DNA of 64,000 bases from Diadema antillarum (lineage: Eukaryota), in NCBI RefSeq assembly GCF_040938485.1, contig NW_027271583.1, positions 558,001 through 622,000 of the forward strand. Direction: 5' to 3'. Numbering within the stretch: the first letter of the stretch is position 1; the number at the start of each line of letters is the position of its first letter. The notes beneath the pieces were generated by a model. It saw nothing but the letters and a program-made list of their open reading frames with translations. It was not told the DNA's origin and did no database searches. This document shows positions 51,929 through 64,000 of the stretch, in pieces. The position numbers and the translations under genes are program-made.

Positions 51929-54900
51929 GTAAGTTGGATTTTGCTTTGCTTTTATTTTCATAAATAATCTTTGTGTGGTAAGTGTGATAATAGTATTAAG
52001 CTTTCCCCTGTGTTTGGTGGTGCTATTTGGCATCTGCGATTCAGTACTGGGTATTTTGAGTAAGAATGGGTACTCTGTATCGTAAGGGCTTATTTTTATT
52101 ATTCCTGAACTCAGTATCTAACATGTTGTAAAATGTGATTGCATGTATAACTTTATGCTCTCTTTTATCCGTTGGACTTTTAGAGGCTGCCTTAACAACA
52201 CGTAGAACTCAAAGAAAATGCAAGGTAGTTGTACGACCAATGCCACTTACACTTCATCTCTTCTTTTACATATTTTTTTGAAGATGAAGTTGCACAAACA
52301 TTGGATGGGCGAGCAAAGTTCAAGGACCAGCAACTTCCGTATCACAACTCCATGAATCAATGAGAGGTTTATCAGAAAGCATCTCAACAAGTTTGCTCGC
52401 TAGCCACCCACAAGGTGCTACTATACAAAGCACTGCGTACTACCACTACCAGGTGCCAAGTTGTGTTTTGCCCTATTTATTCACTTACAGTGAAAGAGCA
52501 GACGCGTTAATATGAAATCACCTGCAATGTTGCAGAATGTTATCATGATTATCGCTGCGTCAATGGACTTTGAATGTCATTCATGGAAGCTGTAAACATG
52601 CTTGAAGACCAATTATCTTCTATGTTTGCCAATGATCACAGATATACTAAGTATTGTATGCTACTAGTCGCGGAGTTCGGATGGTGTTTGACATGAGTGT
52701 GTACAAAATACATTCTTGTATTTACTTGTGATCTTGGGAGTGCTTTTCAAGAGGTGCTTATAACTCTTCTACTCTGTCCGTATTGTCAATTCCTATTCAT
52801 TCAAGTTGCAAAATAGTGAGAATTCATGATGCCCATAGTTGCACACACATGCTCGCATATACACGAATACACACACATGCATGCAAATAACATCAATTAA
52901 ACAAATTGTGCTGTTTATGTGCTATGTCAATTCAAGACAATTCCACTCTGCAAAAGAAGGAACAGTTCAGAAAATGTTTTAGAGATTTTAGTGTGATTCC
53001 TTTTCTGGTGATTTCTAAAGGTTTTCTATGGCTTATCTTTCATAGCTTTGAAATCTGGGACAGAGATGTAAGTCGTTTGGGAAGATGAAGCATCACTAAT
53101 GACCGTAGACATCGTCATTCAATTGGTATTGCTTCACATCGGTTTGGGAGACTCAGCTTCATTTGATGAAGTAGAGTTTGTATTTTGGTTGCCCTGAAGT
53201 ATTACCCCCAAGTTCAAATGGAGGGCCATTTACACTGCTGTTTTCAATATTGCGACAGTGTGGTGAAAGTTGCCAGTGTAACCAAGCCTGGAAACCACTC
53301 AGAACAGCACCATATAAATCTTTTGCTGGAGGGCAATTTATCATACTTGACATCAAGTTTGCTGTCACAATTTGCAACATGAACCCTAACCACTGAACAC
53401 TCATGATTTTTTTTTCATGTTAATGTTTAGACCGCTCCCGTGGCCACATTCTAAATATAGCTTGAACCGACCATGCTATTGTTGGATCAGTTGCATGCTG
53501 CAGACTACGAAACCAAATGTGAATGCACTATGTTAAGATTCGTGATATTTCTTCGGTGACTTGATGCTGCAATTGTTTGTTGAGGTGTAAATGATTTTTT
53601 TCTTTTAATGTCATGATCTTACACAATGGATTTACCCGAGACCTGCTGTAGCAGCAGTAGCAGGAACCAACAAGTTTGGAAAGAGTTCAGCGGATAAGGC
53701 CTGCAAAACAGCACTAACAACATTCATCTGGCAAGAAGAGAAATTGTATTCTTCTTCTCTTTGATGTGAAATTCTCTGTATGCACAGTATAAACAGAGAA
53801 GAGATGACAGTAAGAACAAGGAATAAAACAAGGGACTCTTTTAGAGATATGTTTTTTTGAAGTACAGTTGTAGTGGCAGTCACACACCCACCACTGACAT
53901 ACTGTCCAAATATGCTCTCAAGCATAGAACGATTGCATTGTTCAACTCACGAATGTCCTTCTGCTGCTTGCAATAACAGAAACTAGCAGGGGAAGAAGAA
54001 AAGAAGAGATAATATTTAAGAATTTGCTAAGCGAGCTCCTATTGAGGTAAAAGTATCATCAAAGCTCTACCAAAGACATGCAAGTGCAGACATCCAGGTT
54101 TGACTTTTCATTTAAAGGGGCTACTTACTAATGGGAGAATTTGTTTATGCTTAGGTTTCTGCAACATATTTTTTAAGTGAGCGTTCTCTATCAACTGGAA
54201 ACTGAAATTGACATCCATACACTGGCCACAGTCTATATCACTCAAGTATGCAGTTCCTGATATTGACCTGATTTAAGGTCAAGCTATAATACAAAGTGAG
54301 CTCTATGCCTCTATGATTGTGCAAAACTAGACTGCAAAGCGCCCCTGGACCATAGTGGCCAAACACTGCAATTTGGAGCAACTTGAAGCGACATGCATCA
54401 CGAAGACATTTCTCAATTATGAGAAGCATTTCTTAATCTCTTTGCAAATGCATTATTTGCATTTTCAAATGACCCTTTGGCAAGGCAAGGAAAAGTCAAC
54501 GAGTGTGTAATGAACAGGTGATTTTTTACCCAAACACCAATTGAGTCGGCAATTCAAGGGACAATAATGCCATTGCCGAGTTCACACAGGGCTGCCTTTC
54601 ACAGAAATAGATAAGTCTGGTATTCAAATATTTGTTTTCTAAAAGTCATAATTTCCTGTAATAAGAGTCGATGCTGTTCTTGTAGTTGTTTATGACATTG
54701 AAATGCACACTTAATCATTACCAAGAATCAGGACCTGTGTTGACAAATACATGTCTCATTGTGTAGCAAATCAGTTATTCAGTCTGGCTTTGATTACCTC
54801 AATACAGTTTTAATATTAGGCCTATGCTTGTAGATTGATATAGATCCTAGTCAGTTACATGTGCACTAGATGAAAACATCATGTTTTATCAAATGTACAA

Positions 54901-55020
54901 CAAATGTAATCCATCTCTAGGTCTCCATGATGTTTATTGGTACAGTGTAGTCATTGCACATGGATCAGAACAGTTGACTTGCACTATTTTCTTGTTAACA
55001 CTTTCCAGTTATCCATGAGG

Positions 55021-55235
55021 TACTGTAAAACAACAAAAATTTGTTAGCATGCATTTTAGTTTCACAAATTTTGCAAGAGCCAAGAATTATGAAATTGAAG
55101 TGCATGTGAAAGTTCTCATACACTATGTATGCATTGAATACCAGTGGCAATTTGTGAAAACTTCAAGCCATGAAAAAGACCATCGGCTCCAATTCGGAAA
55201 AATTTCATGCTGCAAAAATATCTTGCTTTACAGTA
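55021..55235 (-). mobile_element. ~210-bp TACTGTAAAAC MITE, heavily CpG-decayed
   Basis: Both TIRs present; CGCG motifs of the family read CACA/TGCA/TATG here. Confidence 0.85.
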
Positions 55236-58030
55236 GTTTATCTGTGTTTTGAGATAGGCCTGCTACTTTTGGAAGAAGATCTGTAGAAACCAAAAATTAA
55301 AATCAACCAATGGAAACTGACTTTAACGTTGAGGTATAGTGGGATAAGATGTTGAATGATGAAGATTGCTTTAGAGATAACATTCATTGATATTTTCAAA
55401 CATCAGCCTTAGGACAAGATTAAGATAGATGCCAAGATGCCAAGATATGTAGTATTCATTCTTGTAGTCACCAGGGGGAAACAAAGTACTTGACCCCACC
55501 CCCCCCCCCCAAAAAAAAAAAAAATGTTTCTCATCCTTCGTCAAGCCATGTATCACATACCATGTTAGAATCCATTCACTTTTTATGGAAGATAACCCCT
55601 AAGCATGGATCTTTTTCCTAAGCCCACAGGAAGTGTTCTATCTCATCATCTTGAGTAAGAGATACGATAAAGAGATATAAATTCTTCTTCAGTGCGTGCC
55701 AGTGGGAACAACGAACTCGTTCGCCGACAACTTTGAGACTGGTCGGGACATCACAACAGACTTTATGTCTCCATGTGTCCTGAGTCAAATGTCAAGCACA
55801 TTTCCTGTGTCTGTTTCTAGGATTTTATTTCCAAATGATAAAAGGATGAGCAAAAGACAAAAAAAAAAAAAAAACATGAACAAAATACAAAAACAAAGTA
55901 GTGAGTAAGTAGGTTTAAACTCATCGTGGACTTTGGCCCTCAATGTTGGCAACCTCAAGTCCATTTCAAATTTCATTTCTGGATGCAATCTATTTAGTGC
56001 AGCAAAGCCTGGAAAAGATGAATCAACAATGTGAGTGATATCTTATATTTTGTTCGTTTTCTCTCACTTCTTTTGCCCCCCCCCCCCCTCTTTATAATCA
56101 CAATTTCCCTGGATTTGGCTTCATTTGAGAAAATTGATGTGGGTATAGAGAGTGCCAAGTGTTTAGTAATGGACACACAAGAGGTATATTCCCGAAAGAT
56201 GTGAGGCACAAGTGTGAGGTCCATGAACAAGAGAAATCTTGTAATGCCTTCAACAACAACAAAAATGAAACTACAGCATAACAATTTTGACAGAATGACC
56301 AGACCTTGTGAAAGCAGTATCTATATATAAGTACACGTGTATGCAAAAGATGATTGATATTTCTGTTGAGTTTCATTTTTCAAACAATGAATTAGAATTT
56401 CACTATTGAAATAAAAGCAAGAACAATTTTAACAAATGATGAAAGACCAATGCACCTTTTTTTTCTTTGGTCAAATTTGGGATTGTTTTCATTAAATGCT
56501 TGATAGATGCATATGTGGGCCTTTAAAGAAAAATTTCATTTCTTGTTCAAGTTGTCATTTAGGACCAGAGGAATAGAAGTATAATGAAAAAGTTGACAGA
56601 AAGTAAGACAGCAAGAAAGTAAGATGTAGAAATTTTCATATCTTTTACAAGCTACGCTGCAAGCAGCTTTTTGCTTAGCTTCATTATTGGAAATGAATTT
56701 AGTAGAAAAAAAAAATATTTCACTCACAACAAAACCTTCTGAAGTTGCAATGAAGATGCAAAGATGATTCTAAAGGGAGAGTTTGAGTTGCCAAATTATT
56801 GGTCAAAAGTATGATGTTTAGATATAATGTACAGATCAATGGCAGACTTGAAATGACATTGTCACTTCATTAATTTGCATATGTGCTTGTGACCAATTTA
56901 TATTCATTTTTTTATTCAAAAAAATCATTAAAACCTTTAAATGCTTTCACTCTCTCATTTCATTTCTTATTTGATTCTATTTATTTGACTTTATCTGTCA
57001 AAGGCACAATGAACATGGTGCTCCCCTTTAAGACTCCTTCATAGTTTTGCATTGTTTGTTTCTTATTCGACTTTAAGCTGCTACTTTAACCTCCACAGGA
57101 CGCCATGTGTATGTCTGTAGACATTTTTGGTTCTTCTCTTTGTCCTGTGGTTACTAATGACGGTCTCTACTGCAGCATCAATACTTCTTGCAGTCTTGAT
57201 CCTCATTGGCTCCTCCCAGCATTCTCTCCTGCACAGTTTGTCCAGTAAAAAGAATTTCTGGGGGGAAATCTTGCTAGATTGGCCCCTCGGTGAGATCACA
57301 GCAACGCTTGTCAGAATCCTCCTCACAGGGACAATAATTACCAATTACTGGCGAAATAATAGTCTCTTCCTTCCGGACGGAAATCGGCTCACCGCTTTCA
57401 TGTGAGGTGCCAAGTGTGGAGATTACGGCATGGACGATGTCTAGAGACACCCCTCTACGTCATGAAGATTCTCTTAAGAAGTGTGCTGTAAACTTGCATT
57501 TGAACTATGTGTCACTATCAAAGCACATTCATTTTTTTGTGTGTTAAGAACAAAACAAAAACAAAAACAAACAATACTATCACAGTTCACATAAGTCTCT
57601 TTTTATGTCCCTCTATCTCTAAAAAACAAAATAATTAAAAAAAAGCAATACCAACATGGTAATACAAACATATTTACGACTTGACAAGAGTAAATATTCC
57701 ATGTGAATTAAAATGAAATGATGGAATTGATATGCAACACTTCAGTCTATGGTAAGTTATAAGGAGCACATAAATCATGGTGATATTAATCTTTAGTGTT
57801 TGTGGTACTTCATTTTATGGGGGAACTGTAGGCTTTGCTGGGTCATGCATGTCCTAGATTCGTGTCACTTTTTAGTATCTTATCTCCAAAGAAGAATGGG
57901 ATATGTTCCCCCCAAAAGCACTGACACAAAGAAATTTCCAGGGGTTTTGGCCTAAGATTCATCTCCTGTAAAGGGGAGAGGGGATGCCTGTAGCCCCTTG
58001 ACCCTACCATGAGCAATTGCTAAAAAGTCA

Positions 58031-58211
58031 TACTGTAAAATGAGGAATGTTCAATTTCGCGAGAGCCAAGATTCGCGAAATTAAAATGCACGTGAAAGTT
58101 CTTGTCTACACTGTATGCATTGAATGTTAAAGGCAACTCGCAAAAAAAAAAAAGGCTGTCAGCTCCAATTTGCCAAAATTTCATGCCACGAAAATTTCAT
58201 GTTTTACAGTA
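58031..58211 (-). mobile_element. Internally deleted TACTGTAAAAC MITE
   Basis: TACTGTAAAA...GTTTTACAGTA with family interior. Confidence 0.85.
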
Positions 58212-61178
58212 CATGTTGTGCCATGTTCACTTCATGCATTGATTTTTGAGCCTGAGTTACACGGGAAGTCTCTTTCCTGAAATCCTCTCAATAACCTAAC
58301 TCTTCCCGAGAATGGATCTTTATGGATAAATCAAGATCTTACTAACATGTTTCTGGACAACTAATGATAGGTGATTCCTTGTATGGTCAAAAAAAAGAAA
58401 AAAAGAAAAGAAAAACGATCATCTGGACTCTATTTGATACACCCCAGCCTCGCGCAGCCTTTCTAGAACTTGTCCAGGTGAGATGCCTGTTAGATTAGAA
58501 ATCAAATTTTTGAGTCCAAGATGGAACCAATGGATCTCATGGTGAGAGTTAATGAAGTCACCGGACTAACCCCAGCAAGCGCTGCATGAGCTTTGAATTC
58601 TGCCTGAATATTCAGGAAGCCACCCCAAAAATAATGCAATATGATGCTTTTCTCTCATACCCATATCAAATCATCCAGACTTGAAGTTTGGGATGCCGTT
58701 GAAAAACAACAAGAAAAAAAAAATGACTTACAAAATTAAGAAAAATAGCTCTTCTATGAAAGAATGATGTTATGAAGGAAATGTTGAAAATATGTGCATA
58801 AATTAAGTTTGGTTTTTTTTAGCGAAATTCATCAAAACCAAACAGCTGCTGACAAGCACGTTTTCCACTTTCCTCATTTTCTTGTACTAAAATATCCAAA
58901 GTGTACTGTCCTACCGGGGAGGTGGGAAGCGATCTCTTCCCACCTCCCTGGTCCAACAAATCAATTTATGAGCACATACTTTTCTCGTTAGGCAGATTAT
59001 TGAAATGCATTTCAAATGTATTAAATATTACAATTAGCGACTGTGTCTTGAGATTGTGTGAGCTTATATCAAGCCTTTACAAGTTCTGAGTCTTTTTTTT
59101 TTCATGTGCAAAAAAAGAATTTGAGATCAGATTAAGATAAAATGGTGCGTGGATTTGGTAAGCCTTTCACAGGGGGATCCCATCAAGACGTACCAAACTG
59201 GTAAAAACTTTATAAGTAGAAATGATAGATTTCTATCTATAAGTCATTCTGGTTGAGAAGTCGTTGCTTGTAAGAAGTGTATGCACGCAAGCTGTAGGCC
59301 TATATGAGACAGAATTAAAATACTATACTATCAAGGAAAGGAGTTTCACCATTTCATTGCCAAAAAGTTATTTTACATGGTGGTCTGTAGGCATGTCAAT
59401 TTGTCAGGATTCAACTTTTCATGGGCAAACAGTTTGACAGTCGTCACTGAAATATGATGCATACATTTCATGTATTATTGATGCCATCCTAATCTTGTTG
59501 GTTGCCAAAATGATTGTCACTTTTGTTGCCAAGATGATTGTTACTTTTGTGATAAGCTATTCTGCACACTCTTTTGGGGGGTATTATAATTTTTTAGTGT
59601 TTCACCACTATTTAGCATCAAGGCAGATTATTTGGACATTAGCTACTCCCTTTTGTCTAACAAGTTGCAGTTGTGAAGGCTATACATGCAGTGAAAGGAG
59701 CATTCCAAGTAGGATTTATATTACCCTTGACATTATCACCTGGTCCAACTTACTGTTTATGTGGACTCCCATGGTTGATAATTGCATCTTGACCGGAGTC
59801 AGAGTCTGCGATTAATTTTCTCATGCCGATTTTTCCGTTCTTTGCTGATTAACTCTCACTGTGCACTCACCGAAGTTCCTGTTGAAAGTCATAACTGCGT
59901 TTCTCCAATAAGATCAATGCACTTTTGGGTGTTCTTTGATGATCAGCAAGGGTAGGCCAGATATGAGCATCGCTTTGGGTTGTATGATGCCTCTTTTTCT
60001 TTGAAGTAAAGTCACATGATTTGCAGAGGGTTATAGAAAGTTTTATTTAAGGTAAGCATACTGTGTGTTTCGGGGTGGATGGAAGTTGTATGCATATCAA
60101 TGGGAGCCTTTGTATCAGTAGCGAAAAGCCATGGGGTTTTTCACATGTCTTAAACAAAAGCGGAAAAAAGGAAAAGAAAAAGAAAATATTGCCAAGGCCA
60201 ATTGCCATTTAGGATGTGACATAGCTTTGGTATGAAACATTTGAATTTGGCAGTCAGCAGGGAGACACATTTTAATGTCTTACCACTCATTAACTCATAG
60301 CACATTTAAAAAACACATTTCAGACAGGATTAATGTTGAGTTTAATTCTAAGTGTGAAACCCCTTAGTTTTTTTTCCCCCTCCCAGTTCTTAGAAGTGTT
60401 CATGTGTGTTTGTGTGTGTGTGCGGGTATGATATGTATGCGAGTCTGATATTGTGTATATTTGTGTGTATCTGTGTGTGTGTATGTATGTAATTCCATTT
60501 AGTAGGGTAAGTTGGATATTTATTGACCCAGGGCATAGAACATAACTCATGCATGCTGACGCTACATATTGGCATTCGCTGGCTCTTTTTTTTAAACATT
60601 ACTTCAGACAGAATATGTTTTGACAGCAGCCATCTGACAAGCTCCAGCTTTTACAAAGGAAGTTTATTGTCAGTTGTTTTTTTCTTGGAGTATGCAATAG
60701 CAACTGCAACAACAACAACAAAAACAACAAATGTTGATCATGTGGTCATGCCAGAACATAAAATTGTTATTGGCAATTTCATATCCTAATCAGCCATCTG
60801 TCAGACAGTGATTTTTGTTTTATTTTGAGAAATAGATGTCAAAAGTATTTTTCTTTTCTAAATGGAATACATGTTGACTTGTTTGCATTTCATGTTCTAC
60901 TTACGGTGGAGCTCTTTTATAATCTGTGTTTGTGGTATTGTTTCTTCATATCATTATCTAACTGGGCTATTTTTCAGTGCCATTTTCCCCAAGTACCATC
61001 CTCATCACCATTATCATTGTTATCATCATTATTATTAATGTTATTACTGATTTTTAACAAAATAGATTTTTTTTTGGCATAATGTGAAAAAGTCTTTGAC
61101 CCATGTAAGCTGTGCTTTTAATAATGCGGCAACAGTGTCTTTAGTAGTCTCTTTATTTTTTGTTAAAACAAAATAAAT

Positions 61179-61938
61179 GTGACCCGCTACAACAAAATGA
61201 TCCTAAAGTCGGGCAAGGTCGATTATTTGAAAATTGCATGACAGAATTCCCTAATCTTTCTGCTTTAAATTGATATATAACACGTCTTATAAAAATAATC
61301 GGCTGCGGAGATATCGATGTTTAAAAGAGAGCATGTCAAGACGTCTGGGAAATCACTGTTTCGAGAAAAGCGCCCTAAAAGTTCTCCTTGCGACGCAATC
61401 ACAATCAAGAGACACGCAAGTCAGTATTCACCTCCGGACATTAGAAGTTAAGCCCTAGCAACCCCTAAAATGCTCATTCAAACACCGCGTCGGCGGTCTC
61501 CTCACCGACCAATCAGTGACCAGGATGTCAGGAGAAGCGGCTAGGCATAGCGCAACCCGCCCGCACGCACCAGTCGACTGGGCAGTGTGCGAGCTTCACA
61601 CTTCGGTTAGCGGCAAGCAGCAAACTGACCAATGAGATCACTCTGGTCGTTGTTAGGGGCGGAGCCTATGTGTGGCGCTCAATCCAAATGTTCGAACCAG
61701 TTTCTGCTTCGTTGAAACGCCAAAAAAACATGGCCCAGAAAAACACAATTTTTTGGTCTTTCCTTTCATCATTTTGCTTCAAAATTTCGACAGATGATAG
61801 AAGACATGTCAGACTCTAATAATATGTCAAATTCAGAAAATCGTAAGTTTTGACCAATTTTGATGCTCTAACTTCAAACTCGATTTTCACGGCTTCGACC
61901 GTGCGCGACTTTAGGACCATTTTGTTGTAGCGGGTCAC
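61179..61938. mobile_element. 760-bp non-autonomous DNA transposon with AAAT target-site duplication
   Basis: AAAT|GTGACCCGCTACAACAAAATGATCCTAAAGTCG ... CGACTTTAGGACCATTTTGTTGTAGCGGGTCAC|AAAT; 33-bp TIR, 1 mismatch. Confidence 0.88.
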
Positions 61939-62759
61939 AAATAAAAAGAAAAAAATGGAGGGCGTGCACCCCCCTTTAATTTTGTAAAGTCGCCTCCCCT
62001 TTACGGAATTTTTGGATCTGCCCCAGCAGTGTTGTATGATGACGCAAGAATCATGTTATGGTATTGTTTAGAAAGTTTGTTTCACAACTGATTTGACCAT
62101 GTGACAACAGAAAGTTGTTTTTTGTTTTGTTTGTGTGTTTGTTTTTGAGATCAAAGGACATGTCATTCGATTGCAGTCAAAGTTCAGCATTTTACTTTTC
62201 AAATAATATACTTGGCAGTCATTCCACAAATTACATTCCACCTTGCTGCAAGGATAAAGCCAGGCTGTAATAATTACATATTACACTAGGTATGTAAAGT
62301 CAAAAGCCTAGGATAAACTCTAAATTTGCTGCATGTCTGCCATAAATCAAGAAATTTTCAACAAAATTCTGATGGCCTTTATACAATTTGGACCTGTGAT
62401 AGAAAATTTCTTTGGCATGATTTAGTGCAAAAATCTGATCTAGTTCAGAGTCAAAAGGTATGAAGTTGATAAATTTCATAAACCATAATTTCATTAAGTT
62501 TCGGAAGTATTATTCATAATTGATAACATTTTGTACATTGAAGTACAATCAAATTGCCAGTACGTGAATTACGAATGGGATGCAGAAATATGTCGACTGA
62601 ACTAATGATGTGGATGAGTCATAGCCATACAGCTGACTATCTTTGCCAGTGAGGAAACATGAAGCTCAGTACTGATGTCTTTCATTTAATTAAACACACC
62701 TGAACTCTAGAAGATATGATTTGTGTGGAAATGTCCAAATTGCTTTCTAAAGTTTTTAG

Positions 62760-62844
62760 CCCGTTGAAGACTAGTCCCGAGTATACTCGGGCAGGTGTCT
62801 CTGTAAAATGCATGCTATAGCAAAATCAGCCCATCCTCAATGGG
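62760..62844 (-). mobile_element. 85-bp TTAA mini-MITE, copy 5
   Basis: CCCGTTGAAGACTAGTCCCGAGTATACTCGGGCAGG...CATCCTCAATGGG. Confidence 0.8.
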
Positions 62845-63041
62845 CTGACCTTATGCTTTGGTGTGACACCTACATGATCATCTCTCACCAATGGTATCTA
62901 CTTAGAAGAGATTTGATGGGAATAGAGTTATGTATGAAAGAAAATCGAAGCCTACTACAGTTAACTTATTTACCTCCTGGAAATGAATGAGCCTCAAAAG
63001 AAATCCTCGCCCATTCAGCCATGCAGGAATCAGGGGGTTAA

Positions 63042-63423
63042 AGGGATGGTACAGTATTGGTGGAGATGAGAACTGGGCTTTTACCTTTTTTGTGAGATAC
63101 CAAGAAAATACTTATGAAATAGTACGAGGCATACCATTTTAAGAGGAATTCAAAATTGATTTGATGAAAATCGGGTTTGGAATGACGAAACCTCCAAAAA
63201 CAAAGTAAAACAAAGCGATCGTAATAAAAGGTGGGTCCCACACTTTATTAGAATTGCTCTGTTTTAGATATCTCAGCCATTTCAAAACCAATTTTCATCA
63301 AATAAACGTTGAATTCTCATGCAATTACATGCTCTTTCATATTTCATAAGATGATTCTCATTATTTGACCAAAAAAATGTTAGAAACCTGAAATTAGGTC
63401 TCAACCAAAACTATATGATCCCT
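63042..63423. mobile_element. 382-bp TTAA-target Kolobok/T2-like MITE
   Basis: TTAA|AGGGATGGTACAGTATTGG ... ATATGATCCCT|TTAA; interior is reverse-complement related to 31886-32268. Confidence 0.82.
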
Positions 63424-64000
63424 TTAAGCTTGGGAGGTCCATGCACTGAGCAACAGTGGGGGTGACTCCCTGTGGCCATCACTAAGCCAAAACAATCAAT
63501 GCTATAAACATCTCAACATTCTTAGATGCCTAGGACATAATCTTCATGACTGTAATTTCTCCCTCTGTGATTATTTATTTGCAGAAGTGTTTTAGAGAAG
63601 AGTAGAACAAGATGTTGTTCTTGTCATCTGATGTGCAGAGACTTATGTGAGGCCAACTTCTTTTCCCTCTCATTTCCTGGTATTTTATTTTATGTTTGCG
63701 TGGCTGAAGTGATAATTCAGTCATCCTGTGAATATGAATTCATGAATACCAGTACATTTGTGACTTGTCATCCCAGTTTAACACAGGTTTACAAAGTTAA
63801 AGACATAATAAAGGGGGAGCAAAATATAGTGATTTGAAGGAAAAAAGAACAATTTCCAAAGTCATTCAAAACTTTGAAGGTTTGATATCTTGTTTTAATA
63901 TGAAAGAATATTGAATGTGCTGAAATACCATGATCTTTAGTTGAATCAGAAGTGTTCAACCTGTAATTCTACAGTGTTCTAAACAATCTTGCCTTGCATC

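Noticed and set aside
55693-55908. Second exon for the signal-peptide gene after a good ttcttcttcAG acceptor
   Set aside because: Phase-1 frame stops after 14 codons; the open frame is phase 0, has no recognisable domain and runs into poly-A
57081-57405. Overlapping hydrophobic (+) and basic (-) ORFs, or a Cys-rich exon after the acceptor at 57098
   Set aside because: No recognisable domain; the phase-1 frame stops quickly; TSP-like resemblance (CSLDP) not sustained
27970-63423. Autonomous transposase or reverse transcriptase genes
   Set aside because: All elements are under 1 kb; no DDE, RT or Rep/helicase motifs in any frame

Overview
Animal genomic DNA, AT-rich and intron-dominated, with one assembly gap (N 7939-8339). 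The repeat repertoire looks like a marine invertebrate such as an echinoderm (inference). Almost all ORFs in the supplied track are spurious. Two + strand exons (22324-22565 and 39914-40031) splice in frame across a 17.3-kb GT-AG intron. They encode an ADAMTS spacer domain running into the first half of a TSP1 repeat, most like ADAMTSL1/3 (punctin/MADD-4). I could not find the exons immediately before and after them, so the gene probably extends past both window ends. A third + strand exon (51772-51928) looks like a first coding exon: ACCATGG start, clear signal peptide and GTAAGT donor. It is either an internal alternative start of the ADAMTS-like gene or a separate/nested secreted-protein gene. 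Three near-perfect RFX X-boxes lie at or near these three exons. The rest is non-autonomous DNA transposons (TA-, TTAA-, AAA- and AAAT-target MITEs, a Helentron-type element), with a dense CpG-rich cluster at about 28-35 kb. There is also a 23-copy 32-bp minisatellite, a 2x131-bp duplication, a 159-bp-arm inverted repeat and microsatellites. No CRISPR, rRNA, intact tRNA or transposase/RT ORF was found.
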